DNA of 64,000 bases from Minisyncoccia bacterium (GTDB lineage Bacteria; Patescibacteriota; Minisyncoccia; Phycocordibacterales; Zambryskibacteraceae), in NCBI GenBank assembly GCA_049651785.1, contig JBASCT010000022.1:44-64043 (forward strand), written 5' to 3'. Positions 1-8,828 of this stretch are shown here, in pieces. Every line of letters begins with the position of its first letter. Position 1 is the first letter of the stretch. Made by a program: the position numbers and the translations under genes. A model generated the notes under the pieces. The model did no database searches. It saw only the letters and a list, made by a program, of their open reading frames with translations, and was not told the DNA's origin.

Positions 1-178
1 CTTTTTTAGGATCCTCGGACTGCAAGAAAAGAAGTTGGGCGATAACAGTGTTGGCAACGGCATCGTCAATGTGTCCACCCAAAAATATTATTCGCTCACG
101 CAAAAGGCGCGAGTAAATGTCGTAGGCGCGTTCGCCGAACTGGCTTTTCTCTATAACGGTCGGGATGAGGTAGGCCAT
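1..178 (-). CDS. clpP: ATP-dependent Clp protease proteolytic subunit, N-terminal portion (gene continues past window start)
   Basis: Reverse translation from ATG at 176-178 reads [59 protein letters not shown], a canonical ClpP N-terminus. It is absent from the ORF track because it is truncated at the window edge. Confidence 0.8.
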   Translation of the reverse strand, partial: MAYLIPTVIEKSQFGERAYDIYSRLLRERIIFLGGHIDDAVANTVIAQLLFLQSEDPKK

Positions 179-198
179 GCGAGATAGCCTAACAGAAA

Positions 199-229
199 AG
201 AGCCCGCGGGTGCAACCCGACAGGGCTCT
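199..229 (-). terminator. Intrinsic terminator hairpin (GAGCCC...GGGCTC with inner GC stem) followed on the minus strand by a T-run
   Basis: Inverted repeat AGAGCCCGCGGGTGCAACCCGACAGGGCTCT downstream of the 251..508 minus-strand gene; the minus-strand reading ends in TTTTCTGTT. Confidence 0.5.
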
Positions 230-250
230 TCTCTCTGAGATTACGAGTGC

Positions 251-508
251 TTAGGAGGCGTTGAATTCCGCGTCGAGATTTTCAACGTCGGTAGACTCAA
301 GGTCCGATTCGATTGAGCTCGTATCGTCCGAAATACTCTGCTCACTGATGTTCTCGACGGCCTCGTTAAGAGCCGCCTCATCGCTCGCGCCCTGCTTATT
401 CCAGAAGTAGAGCCCGGCGAGAACAAGGAGCACGAGTATCACTATCACGGCCACTTTAAGGCCAGAGCCGCTTTTCTCTCCCCCCATTGGGTTTTGTCCT
501 TCGTCCAT
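251..508 (-). CDS. Small membrane-anchored protein with acidic C-terminal tail (hypothetical)
   Basis: 85-aa ORF with one hydrophobic helix (VAVIVILVLLVLAGLYFW) and a D/E/S-rich tail. No recognisable family. Confidence 0.4.
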   Translation of the reverse strand: MDEGQNPMGGEKSGSGLKVAVIVILVLLVLAGLYFWNKQGASDEAALNEAVENISEQSISDDTSSIESDLESTDVENLDAEFNAS

Positions 509-519
509 GTTTTTATTTG

Positions 520-1191
520 CTAGCTGTTATCTGAATCATCGTTGCTGCCGTCGTCTGAGTCGTCGCTAGAACCGTCGTCATCGGGCGACTTGCCAGAAAC
601 GAGGGAGCGGATGGCATGCATGAGGTTTTGTCGCGCCTCTTTGATAAGGTCTCTCGCTTCGCTTGCCGCGGCGCGGATTCTCTGGAAGTTGTCTTGAGCC
701 GTCTCGCCCGAGAGGTCTACTGACGAGAAAGCTTCGACTTTCACTTTGGCGGCGGCAAGATTTGCTTTAGCCGCGGCGACGAACTCCTTGCTCTCTCCTA
801 CCCTCTTGCCTTCAGCCTCCTGTTTAGCAATTCTCGATTCAATCCTTTCAATAATTGCCTCAAGGCGCTCGATGGTGGCAAGCATCACGCGTCGCACATG
901 CTCGACCTGGCGCTTGGCAATATTCTGCTGGACTTCAATGCGCCTGGCGGTGGCAGTTGCTCTGCGATCGTCGATGTTTTGCTTGACATTGGCCCGCCTA
1001 GCCTCCCGCTCTTCCGTCGTCGAAGCGCGTCTCAGGTCTATGTTGGCCCGAACGTCTGCGCGCGTCTTTGTCGGAGTAACTGTGGCATTGAGCGAGGCGC
1101 CGGCACCGGCACTTTGTGCCAAGGCAAGGGCGGGAAAGACAACCGCCAAAGTAAGGCCCGTCACAACAAGTCGTTTGTAATTCATTGACAC
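520..1191 (-). CDS. Secreted coiled-coil protein with Asp/Ser-rich C-terminus (hypothetical)
   Basis: N-terminal signal peptide (LTLAVVFPALALAQS), a long R/E/A-rich predicted coiled coil and a DDDGSSDDSDDGSNDDSDNS tail. An extended -10 TGGTATAAT lies upstream on the minus strand. Confidence 0.55.
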   Translation of the reverse strand: MSMNYKRLVVTGLTLAVVFPALALAQSAGAGASLNATVTPTKTRADVRANIDLRRASTTEEREARRANVKQNIDDRRATATARRIEVQQNIAKRQVEHVRRVMLATIERLEAIIERIESRIAKQEAEGKRVGESKEFVAAAKANLAAAKVKVEAFSSVDLSGETAQDNFQRIRAAASEARDLIKEARQNLMHAIRSLVSGKSPDDDGSSDDSDDGSNDDSDNS

Positions 1192-1212
1192 TTTAAATTT
1201 AGCTCCTAATTC

Positions 1213-1241
1213 CTGCCGTTTCCGTAGAGCTCAATTATACC
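1213..1241. repeat. 29-nt motif CTGCCGTTTCCGTAGAGCTCAATTATACC (partner of 8759-8787); overlaps the -10 element of the 520..1191 gene
   Basis: Direct comparison. Confidence 0.55.
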
Positions 1242-1242
1242 A
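1234..1242 (-). promoter_or_regulatory. Extended -10 promoter element (TGGTATAAT on minus strand) for the 520..1191 gene
   Basis: Reverse complement of 1234-1242 is TGGTATAAT; AGGAG and the ATG follow about 45 nt downstream. Confidence 0.45.
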
Positions 1243-1244
1243 AA

Positions 1245-1775
1245 CTAGGCACCGGGTTTATATTTGTTCCTATAGAGTTTAGTACCTTCTTCAAAAGCTT
1301 TTTCGGCCTCACTCTTGCCCTTGAAACCCTTTATTTCAACGACCTTTTTCTGAAGCTGTTTGTAGGTGGAGTAGAAGTGCTCAAGTTCTTTGAGAGTATG
1401 CGGGTTCACGTCCTTGAGGTCACGGACTTCCTGCCAACGGGGGTCGCCCACGGGAACGGCGATAATTTTGTCATCACCTTCGCCCGAGTCAATCATATTC
1501 ATAAGCGCCACGGGCCTTGCTCTCACCAAGACTCCCGGCAGAAGCGGGTGAGTGGTTAAGAGAACAACATCCAAAGGGTCGTCGTCATGCCAGAGAGTCT
1601 GCGGCACGAAGCCGTAGTCGAAAGGGAAGTCTTGCGCCGTATGAAGCACGCGGTCGAGGGCGATAAGACCTGTTGCCTTATCGACCTCAAACTTGTTTTT
1701 CGAGCCGCGATTTATTTCAACCACGACATTCATCTCGTCTTTATTACCCGGACTAAGATCGTGCCACAAATTCAT
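1245..1775 (-). CDS. ppa: Inorganic pyrophosphatase
   Basis: 176 aa; motifs NVVVEINRGSKNKFEVD, DGDPLDVVLL-like (DDDPLDVVLL) and IIAVPVGDPRW are typical of family I PPase. Confidence 0.9.
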   Translation of the reverse strand: MNLWHDLSPGNKDEMNVVVEINRGSKNKFEVDKATGLIALDRVLHTAQDFPFDYGFVPQTLWHDDDPLDVVLLTTHPLLPGVLVRARPVALMNMIDSGEGDDKIIAVPVGDPRWQEVRDLKDVNPHTLKELEHFYSTYKQLQKKVVEIKGFKGKSEAEKAFEEGTKLYRNKYKPGA

Positions 1776-1782
1776 ATTTCAA

Positions 1783-2940
1783 TTATAAACTATTTTCTTC
1801 TTTTTTCTCGAGAGAAGCTGCGGGGGCTTCGGCGATGGCAAGTTCTTCACCCTTGGCGGACTGAATGTCTATTCGCCAGCCCGTGAGTTTGGCCGCCAAG
1901 CGCACGTTCTGTCCGCCCTTACCGATGGCAAGCGATTGCTGGTCTTCGGAGACATTAACCGTCGCCGACTTCTCTTCTGCGTTTATGTCGATGTTGAGAA
2001 TCTTAGCGGGGGAGAGCGCTTCTTCGATAAACTTGGCAGGCTCAGGAGACCACTCGATAATATCTATTTTTTCTCCGCGAAGCTCCGACATAACCGTCGA
2101 GACACGCACGCCGCGCTGGCCGACGAGCGCTCCGACCGGATCGATGTGGCTGTCAACGGCCTGGGCCGCAATCTTTGAGCGGTAACCTGCCTCGCGAGCG
2201 ATGGCCTTAATCGTGACTGTGCCGTTGGCAAGCTCGGGTGACTCGGCTTCAAAAAGTTTTTCTATGAATTTCGGATGCGAGCGCGAGAGGCGCAAAAAGA
2301 CCCCCCGAGGACTCTCTTCCACTCTATAGAGATAGGCCCTGACCCGCTCGCCTTGATTGAAGCGCTCGCCGGGAATCTGTTCCTCGTACGGCAGAAGTCC
2401 GGTCGCCCGGCCCATGTCGACAAAAATGTTGCCCCGCTCAATCCTCTGAACGGAGCCCGTGACAATCTGGCCCTCGCGCTTGCCGAATTCGGCCACGACC
2501 GAAGTCTTTTCGGCCTCGCGAATCTTTTGCGTGATGACTTGCTTGGCGGTCTGGGCGGCAATGCGGCCATAGTCACCCTTGGACTCAATGGGGAAGACAA
2601 CTTCTTCGCCGACGGCGGCGTCCTTTTTTATTTTTCTCGCATCCTCAAGAAGAATGTGATGCTCCGGATTGTATAGGTCGCGCGTATCGCCTTCCTTGAT
2701 TTCTTCCGTCTCGTTAAAAATGACATTGGAGTCGTCTACGACGATTTTTACCTGGAAAAAGTTCGTTTCGCCCGTGTTCGGGTCGAAGGTGGTGCGGATA
2801 ATTTGCCCCTTTTTGCCGTACTCTTTTTTGTAGGCCGTAGCGAGCGCCGCTTCTATCGCCTCAATTATAGAGGCGCGCGGAATACCGCGCACTTCTTCAA
2901 GTTCGCCCAAGACTGAATTGATGACTTTTAGATCAAACAT
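1783..2940 (-). CDS. nusA: Transcription termination/antitermination factor NusA
   Basis: 385 aa; NusA N-terminal domain followed by S1 and tandem KH regions (GQIVTGSVQRIERGNIFVDMG; AIGKGGQNVRLAAKLTGWRIDI). Confidence 0.9.
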   Translation of the reverse strand: MFDLKVINSVLGELEEVRGIPRASIIEAIEAALATAYKKEYGKKGQIIRTTFDPNTGETNFFQVKIVVDDSNVIFNETEEIKEGDTRDLYNPEHHILLEDARKIKKDAAVGEEVVFPIESKGDYGRIAAQTAKQVITQKIREAEKTSVVAEFGKREGQIVTGSVQRIERGNIFVDMGRATGLLPYEEQIPGERFNQGERVRAYLYRVEESPRGVFLRLSRSHPKFIEKLFEAESPELANGTVTIKAIAREAGYRSKIAAQAVDSHIDPVGALVGQRGVRVSTVMSELRGEKIDIIEWSPEPAKFIEEALSPAKILNIDINAEEKSATVNVSEDQQSLAIGKGGQNVRLAAKLTGWRIDIQSAKGEELAIAEAPAASLEKKEENSL

Positions 2941-3032
2941 ATTTGTATTTTTATGAAAGAAGTCCGCCTTGCGGCGAACTTCCCTAACTAACCCATATTA
3001 CGCCCTTATCCTATGCGACTTGGCCCTCCTTG

Positions 3033-3935
3033 TCAAGCCCGGCGGCGAGAATGGAACTTTTTGTGCGTCTCCTTAAGCTGACGGTCGGTGACGTGAGTAT
3101 AAATCTGGGTGGTCGCGATATTGGCGTGGCCCAAAAAGACTTGAACGCTTCGGAGGTCGGCGCCGTTTGAGAGGAGGTCGGTCGCGAACATGTGGCGGAT
3201 GACGTGCGGAGTCACTTTCTTCGAAATGCCGGCTTTTATAGCGTAGTGCTTGATGATTCTCTGGGCCGTGCGCGTGGTGACGGGGAAAAGAAAATCGTTG
3301 TCGATATCTTTCCGTTTATCCAAACCTGCCTGCGCAGACAGGTATTTTTTTATCGCCGTCTTGGCCTCGGGAGAGAGAAAAACAAGGCGAACCTTATCGC
3401 CCTTGCCCCGAACACTGAATTCGTCGCCGGAAAGATCGAGGTCGCGCGGCAGGGAACAGAGCTCAGAGACACGAAGCCCGGTGGAAAAAAGAGTTTCCAA
3501 GAGTGCTCTGTCCCGAAGGCCGTTTTCTTCTGAGACATCGGGCGCCTCCAAGAGACGCGTAAGTTCTTCGGGGGTTATGAGGTCTATAGAGCGCTCGCCA
3601 ACCTTGGCCAGCTCTATGGCTTCGGGTGAAAGGGTTTTAAACCCGCGTTTGGCGAGATATTTAAGAAACGCGCGCAGGGCGATGAGATAGTAATTCTGGG
3701 TTTTTTTCTTGAGTGTGTCGTTTTTGGCGGGCTGTCTATTGAGCCAGAGCCGGTACTCGCGCAAGATGTTCGGCGTAATCTCGCTTGTTTTTTTCGCCTT
3801 GGAATAGGAGAGGAATCGAGAGAGATACCGGTCGTAATTTTCTACTGTCTTTAGGCTCCGGCCCTTTTCTATCTCGGTGTATTCCAAGAATTCGCGCTTG
3901 AGTTGTTCGAGCTCGAGTGTCGCCATGTCGCACAA
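3033..3935 (-). CDS. xerC: Tyrosine site-specific recombinase, XerC/XerD family
   Basis: 300 aa; C-terminal catalytic signature HVIRHMFATDLLSNGADLRSVQVFLGHANIATTQIYTH (R..H..R..Y). Confidence 0.85.
   Translation of the reverse strand: MCDMATLELEQLKREFLEYTEIEKGRSLKTVENYDRYLSRFLSYSKAKKTSEITPNILREYRLWLNRQPAKNDTLKKKTQNYYLIALRAFLKYLAKRGFKTLSPEAIELAKVGERSIDLITPEELTRLLEAPDVSEENGLRDRALLETLFSTGLRVSELCSLPRDLDLSGDEFSVRGKGDKVRLVFLSPEAKTAIKKYLSAQAGLDKRKDIDNDFLFPVTTRTAQRIIKHYAIKAGISKKVTPHVIRHMFATDLLSNGADLRSVQVFLGHANIATTQIYTHVTDRQLKETHKKFHSRRRA
3325..3342. repeat. Copy of dispersed GC palindrome (CCTGCCTGCGCAGACAGG, one arm mismatch), inside the xerC coding sequence
   Basis: Direct reading; shares the CTGCCTGCGCAG core with copies at 8715, 32488, 33704 and 54688. 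Confidence 0.6.
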
Positions 3936-3996
3936 TATTATAACACGCTGAGATGGGTGGGTTGCAAAGTGTCGAGAGTTGTGCTATTATCAATAA

Positions 3997-4263
3997 GTGA
4001 TTTCGAAAACCAAGAAAGCAAAGCTCATTTCGGAAACCCGTATTCACGAAAAGGATACCGGTTCTCCGGAGGTGCAAATTTCCATATTGACGAATCGCAT
4101 TGAGGAATTGGCCAAACACCTAAAGACTCATGCCAAAGACAACCACTCGAGACGAGGGCTCCTTGCCATGGTCGCAGACCGCCAAGCTCACATGAGATAT
4201 TTGGAAAGGAAGAATCCGAAACGCGCCTCGGCTCTGCAGAAAAAACTTGGTTTGAAGAAATAA
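3997..4263 (+). CDS. rpsO: 30S ribosomal protein S15
   Basis: 88 aa; TGSPEVQISILTNRIEELAKHLKTHAKDNHSRRGLLAMV matches the conserved S15 core. Confidence 0.9.
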   Translation: MISKTKKAKLISETRIHEKDTGSPEVQISILTNRIEELAKHLKTHAKDNHSRRGLLAMVADRQAHMRYLERKNPKRASALQKKLGLKK

Positions 4264-4316
4264 CACGGAAATTTTACTTAAAGCTTCCGGGAATTTATCA
4301 GTATTTAGAAATTTAA

Positions 4317-4859
4317 ATGACAGTAATAAAACACAAAGCCCAGCGGGTCGGAATTTTTATAGACACGCAGAATGTTTACCATAGCGCGAAGAACATTCAC
4401 CACGCCAAAGCCAATTTCTCGGCTATTGTCAAAGACGCCTTAGCCGGACGCGTCCTAATCCGCGCCCTAGCCTACGTCGTCACGACCGAGTCGGGTGAAG
4501 AGAGCGCCTTCTTCGGCGCCCTTGAAAAGGCGGGGATTGAAATCCGCTCCAAGCCCTTACAAGTCTTCTTGGGCGGCGCCAAGAAAGCCGACTGGGATGT
4601 CGGGCTCGCCATAGACGCCGTTATCATGGCGCCCAAAGTAGACAGCATCATCCTTCTCTCCGGCGACGGCGACTATGTGCCTCTGGTTGAATATCTTCAA
4701 AATACTCACGGCTGCCAGGTCGAAGTGGTCGCCTTCGGTAAATCGGCTTCGGCACGCCTCGTCGAGGCGGCCGACGACTTCCTCGACCTTGACCAGAATC
4801 CGAGAAAATATCTTCTCAACAGCGCCGGCCCCAGAGTTCGTGAAGGTGGCTCAAGATAA
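4317..4859 (+). CDS. NYN-domain (LabA/PIN-like) protein
   Basis: 180 aa; RVGIFIDTQNVYHSAK ... ILLSGDGDYVPLV ... QVEVVAFG is the NYN/LabA-like arrangement of conserved acidic residues. Confidence 0.7.
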   Translation: MTVIKHKAQRVGIFIDTQNVYHSAKNIHHAKANFSAIVKDALAGRVLIRALAYVVTTESGEESAFFGALEKAGIEIRSKPLQVFLGGAKKADWDVGLAIDAVIMAPKVDSIILLSGDGDYVPLVEYLQNTHGCQVEVVAFGKSASARLVEAADDFLDLDQNPRKYLLNSAGPRVREGGSR

Positions 4860-4873
4860 GTTAAAATAGAGAG

Positions 4874-5713
4874 ATGGATAAGGAAGAGTCTCCTCTCAAA
4901 CAAATCCGCACCTATCAGGGTGACGTCGCCGAAGCGCTCAAAAAACAACGCGAATCTCTTTTCTCCGTTCAGCAAAAGGAACAGGCCAAAAAATCGGGCA
5001 GTCTTCGAGTCGAGCTGAGTCCCGATCGGAGGCGCCAACTTATTTCTCTCTCGCTTTGGAGTCTCGTTTTAATAGGGCTTGGCAGTCTTGGCGGCTGGTT
5101 TGCCTACAACGAATTCGCGAGAAAGACCGTCGCGCCGCCTCTCGAAGTGCCGGCCTCAAGATTTATCTTCGCCGGTAATGAAATAGAACTAACTTTGGAA
5201 GAAATTACGAGAACAGCACTCGTACAAAAAGTTACCGAAGCCGCGCGAGGGACGCCAAGAGGTGAAATAAGACATGTCGTTATAAAAAGAGCCGACGGCA
5301 TCCTTCTTCCAACCGAAGAATTTTTGCGAGCTCTTGAAATAACGGCGCCCGGCTACCTCATCCGAGCTTTTGGACCGCTCTTTATGTTCGGCGCCCTGGG
5401 AGAAGATAACTTTTTGATGATAAAACTTGTTTCGTTTGAAAGCGCCTTCGCCGGTATGCTTGCTTGGGAGAAAACGCTGGGACAAGAAATCGGACCGCTC
5501 TTCTCGACGGCCAATCTGTTGTTAAATCTCCCGTCGGGAGAACCTTTCACTGACCTGACCGACAGAAATAAAGATATTAGAGTGCTCGCAATGGGCGAAA
5601 ACCGCATCTTGCTCTACACGTTTTTTGAAAGCGACACTTTGGTTATAACCGAGAGTCTCGAGGCCATAAGAACCTTGGTCGATCGTCTCACTCAGGAAAA
5701 ACTTTCGCGCTAA
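4874..5713 (+). CDS. Membrane-anchored hypothetical protein
   Basis: 279 aa; one TM helix (LISLSLWSLVLIGLGSLGGWFAY) after a charged N-terminal segment. No recognisable domain. Confidence 0.5.
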   Translation: MDKEESPLKQIRTYQGDVAEALKKQRESLFSVQQKEQAKKSGSLRVELSPDRRRQLISLSLWSLVLIGLGSLGGWFAYNEFARKTVAPPLEVPASRFIFAGNEIELTLEEITRTALVQKVTEAARGTPRGEIRHVVIKRADGILLPTEEFLRALEITAPGYLIRAFGPLFMFGALGEDNFLMIKLVSFESAFAGMLAWEKTLGQEIGPLFSTANLLLNLPSGEPFTDLTDRNKDIRVLAMGENRILLYTFFESDTLVITESLEAIRTLVDRLTQEKLSR

Positions 5714-5737
5714 GCTCCTCTCTGCTAATATTGGGGC

Positions 5738-6097
5738 ATGCAAAGAGACCCGGAACACTTCAAGAAGAAATTGGAGGCGGAGAAAAAGCTTTTGGCCGAA
5801 GAGCTGGAAAAGGTCGGCAGACGAAATCCCGATAACCTCTCGGACTGGGAGGCGACTCCGACCGACCGCGACAGCTCACAGGCGGATGAAAACACCTTGG
5901 CTGATTCCGTCGAGGAATATGAAGAGAACCTAGCAATCGTTAACACTCTGGAGAGACGCTACCAGGAGATTAGAGATGCCTTAGCCAAAATAGAGAAGGG
6001 TACATACGGCCTCTGCGAGGTCTGCAGTGAGCCCATAGATGACAAAAGGCTTGAGGCCAATCCGTCCGCAAGATTCTGTCGCCAGCACATGAAATGA
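5738..6097 (+). CDS. DksA/TraR-family C4 zinc-finger protein
   Basis: 119 aa; coiled-coil N-terminus and C-terminal CEVCSEPIDDKRLEANPSARFCRQH (CxxC-x17-CxxH/C) as in TraR/DksA. Confidence 0.7.
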   Translation: MQRDPEHFKKKLEAEKKLLAEELEKVGRRNPDNLSDWEATPTDRDSSQADENTLADSVEEYEENLAIVNTLERRYQEIRDALAKIEKGTYGLCEVCSEPIDDKRLEANPSARFCRQHMK

Positions 6098-7623
6098 GCT
6101 TTTCGAGAGTCTATAGCGCGCAAACAAATCTTTTATCGGTCGTGCCAGTCTCGGTTGAAACGGATATTTCCCGCGGGCTCAACGCCTTTGCCGTCGTGGG
6201 ATTGCCCGACAAGGCGGTAGAGGAGGCGCGCGACAGAGTTTCGGCCGCGATAAAAAACTCCGGCTTCGATTCTCCGAAATCGAAGAATCACAAGGTCGTG
6301 GTCTCGCTCGCCCCCGCCGACCTCAAGAAGGAGGGCCCGTCCTTCGACGTCGCCATCGCCCTCTCCTACCTCTTGGCCAATAAAGACATAGCTTTCGACC
6401 CGGAGAAAAAGTTATTTCTGGGCGAGCTGGCTTTAGACGGTAAGGTGCGAAGGGTCTCCGGCATCTTGCCAATCGCCCGCTTCGCCAAAAAGAATAATTT
6501 TAAAGAACTTTTCGTGCCACTTGAGAATGTCTCCGAGGCGGCGATTATCGACAGTATCGATATTTTCGGCGTCTCGACTCTCGCGGACCTCGTTGAGCAC
6601 CTCGGCAACAAGAAAAAAATTGAAAAAGCCAGAGAGACAAAGGTTGATAAAATAAAGGCAACGTCAGCCATAGACTTCTCTGACATCAAGGGGCAAGAGC
6701 GCGCCAAGCGCGGCCTCCTCATCGCCGCCGCGGGGGGACACAATGTCGCCATGTACGGACCACCGGGCACAGGGAAGACCATGCTTGCCAAGGCCTTCGC
6801 TGGAATTTTACCGGAACTCTCGTTCGAAGAAGCGCTCGAAGTTACAAGTATTCACTCTGTCGCGGGTACCTTGTCGGAAACTTTCATCACCAATCCGCCC
6901 TTTCGTGCGCCGCACCACACCTCCTCATATGTCTCACTTGTCGGCGGGGGAACGACGCCGAGACCGGGAGAGATAACCCTCGCGCATTACGGCGTCCTTT
7001 TCATGGACGAGTTTCCCGAATTTGACAGACGAGTTATCGAGAGTTTGCGCCAGCCCTTGGAAGACAAGCTTATCTCCGTCGCGCGCGCCAAGGGCACGGC
7101 GCATTTCCCGGCGAATGTCTCGCTCGTTGCCGCCATGAACCCCTGCCCTTGCGGCAATTTCGGCTTCAGAGGCAGGCCCTGCGTCTGCACGCCTTCGGCT
7201 CTCTCGAAATACAGAAGAAAAATGTCGGGACCGATTATGGACAGGATTGATATCTGGCTTGAAGTGGATCGGGTGGTGCCAAGCGAGCTTTCCGGAACAG
7301 TCTCCGGCGCGAGAAGCGAGGAGCTTCGTCAAAGGGTTGAAGAGGCGCGAGGGCGGCAGCGCGCGCGATTTGAAAAATTGGGCAAAAAAATTTTAAGGAA
7401 CGCGGAAATGTCGGCGCGCGACATGACCTCAATCGTCAATTTGGATAAAGAGTCAAGAAAAACTCTGGACCTCGCCGCCGAGCGGCTGGGCTTCTCGCCC
7501 CGTGTTTATCACCGGATGATAAAAGTTTCGCGCACTATCGCCGACCTTGAGGGAAGTGCCGAAATTAAAAATGCCCACATTCTCGAGGCGATAGAATACC
7601 GTCCGAAAAAGTTTGATCTCTAA
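6094..7623 (+). CDS. comM: Mg-chelatase-like AAA+ ATPase, YifB/ComM family
   Basis: 509 aa; N-terminal Lon-protease-like domain, Walker A GPPGTGKTMLA, Walker B VLFMDEFPEF, and a C-terminal ChlI-like domain. Confidence 0.9.
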   Translation: MSFSRVYSAQTNLLSVVPVSVETDISRGLNAFAVVGLPDKAVEEARDRVSAAIKNSGFDSPKSKNHKVVVSLAPADLKKEGPSFDVAIALSYLLANKDIAFDPEKKLFLGELALDGKVRRVSGILPIARFAKKNNFKELFVPLENVSEAAIIDSIDIFGVSTLADLVEHLGNKKKIEKARETKVDKIKATSAIDFSDIKGQERAKRGLLIAAAGGHNVAMYGPPGTGKTMLAKAFAGILPELSFEEALEVTSIHSVAGTLSETFITNPPFRAPHHTSSYVSLVGGGTTPRPGEITLAHYGVLFMDEFPEFDRRVIESLRQPLEDKLISVARAKGTAHFPANVSLVAAMNPCPCGNFGFRGRPCVCTPSALSKYRRKMSGPIMDRIDIWLEVDRVVPSELSGTVSGARSEELRQRVEEARGRQRARFEKLGKKILRNAEMSARDMTSIVNLDKESRKTLDLAAERLGFSPRVYHRMIKVSRTIADLEGSAEIKNAHILEAIEYRPKKFDL

Positions 7624-7665
7624 ATTAGAACGCCCTTCGATGGACTCAGGGCATTTTAGCTGGCG

Positions 7666-8508
7666 CTAAAATGGATTCTTCGCGCCACGAACTTCAAAGT
7701 GAACATGTGGCCCTGTTGAGCGACCGGAGCTACCGACGGCCCCGATAGTTTCTCCCTGTGATACGACTTGCCCAACCGAGACATTCACTTTCGAGAGATG
7801 GCCGTAGAGCGTTTGCGTGCCATTGTCATGTCGGACGACGATATAGAGACCGTAGCCACCGTTATAACCGGAGGGTCTGGAAACGATAACCGTGCCTGCG
7901 GCCGAAGCAAAAACGGGCGTTCCCATGGGGGCGGCGATGTCAACGGCGTTGTAGCCGTGTATATTCTGGCTTTTCTTCCCGCCGACGATGGGTCGCATAT
8001 AGTATCCCGCGTAGGTTGGGTAACTCGAAGAGCTACCGGATTGGGCGAGAGTCGTAGGGGCGTTTACGATACCGCCAGGAATAATGATGACATCTCCGGT
8101 TTTGAGTTTGGAGTCCGCGGCAAGACCGTTATATGAAAGGACGTCGTCAAGATCGGCCTTATATTTGGTAGTAATAGATTTGAGCGTGTCGCCCGACTTC
8201 ACGATGTGGCGGACACCCGAGATCGGCAGGATGACGAGCTCCTGACCCTCTTTAATAGTAGAGCCGCGAAGGCTGTTCGCCCAGATAATCGTGTTTCTTG
8301 ATACTCCGAACATCTCGGCGATCTCGCCAAGCGTATCACCCTTGCGGACGACATAGACGCTGATCTCGCCCGTGCCGGATTTGCCAAGGTCAATGAAGAT
8401 GTCGCCCGCGCCACCATAAGATTCGAGCGCCACTTCATCAACGATAATAATTTCGGCTCCGCCCGTGCCGGTCGGATTAATATTGAGATAGCCCTCAAGG
8501 AGGGCCAT
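7666..8508 (-). CDS. Peptidase M23 with two LysM domains. It probably extends upstream by about 45 codons encoding a signal anchor, with no canonical start codon.
   Basis: Two LysM motifs (GDTLGEIAEMFGVSRNTI; GDTLKSITTKYKADLDDV) and the M23 HxxxD...HxH core (GYNAVDIAAPMGTPV...GPHVHFEV). The in-frame upstream reading KKKGLKATVLVALFLFAPLSLAAF runs to 8640. Confidence 0.85.
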   Translation of the reverse strand: MALLEGYLNINPTGTGGAEIIIVDEVALESYGGAGDIFIDLGKSGTGEISVYVVRKGDTLGEIAEMFGVSRNTIIWANSLRGSTIKEGQELVILPISGVRHIVKSGDTLKSITTKYKADLDDVLSYNGLAADSKLKTGDVIIIPGGIVNAPTTLAQSGSSSSYPTYAGYYMRPIVGGKKSQNIHGYNAVDIAAPMGTPVFASAAGTVIVSRPSGYNGGYGLYIVVRHDNGTQTLYGHLSKVNVSVGQVVSQGETIGAVGSSGRSTGPHVHFEVRGAKNPF

Positions 8509-8714
8509 GGTCTGGGAATTAAAAATTGGCGCGATGTTTGTCGGGCGAATAAGCTTGCTCGTTTCTCGGTAGGAAAAGGCGGCAAGGGATAGCGGCGCAA
8601 AGAGAAAAAGCGCGACTAAGACTGTCGCCTTGAGACCTTTCTTTTTAGGGACTGTGTCTCGGTAACTTATATAGAAGGGCTAAACTGGTCAAAAATATTC
8701 GGTCAATCAGAAAT

Positions 8715-8735
8715 GCCTGCCTGCGCGGGCGGGGC
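8715..8735. repeat. Degenerate copy of the GC palindrome family (GCCTGCCTGCGCGGGCGGGGC)
   Basis: Direct reading; intergenic between the M23 peptidase and pcrA. Confidence 0.4.
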
Positions 8736-8758
8736 TCAAATAGAGCCCTACATCTTAT

Positions 8759-8787
8759 CTGCCGTTTCCGTAGGGCTTAATTCTACC
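8759..8787. repeat. 29-nt motif CTGCCGTTTCCGTAGGGCTTAATTCTACC (26/29 identical to 1213-1241)
   Basis: Direct comparison of the two intergenic stretches; both lie upstream of minus-strand genes for exported proteins. Confidence 0.55.
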
Positions 8788-8828
8788 TTAAAATCGCCCT
8801 TAGTCAATTCTTATTTCCACATGCTATA

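Noticed and set aside
8199-8600. 133-aa minus-strand ORF
   Set aside because: Overlaps the M23 peptidase gene in another frame; Arg/Ser-rich with no supporting signals.
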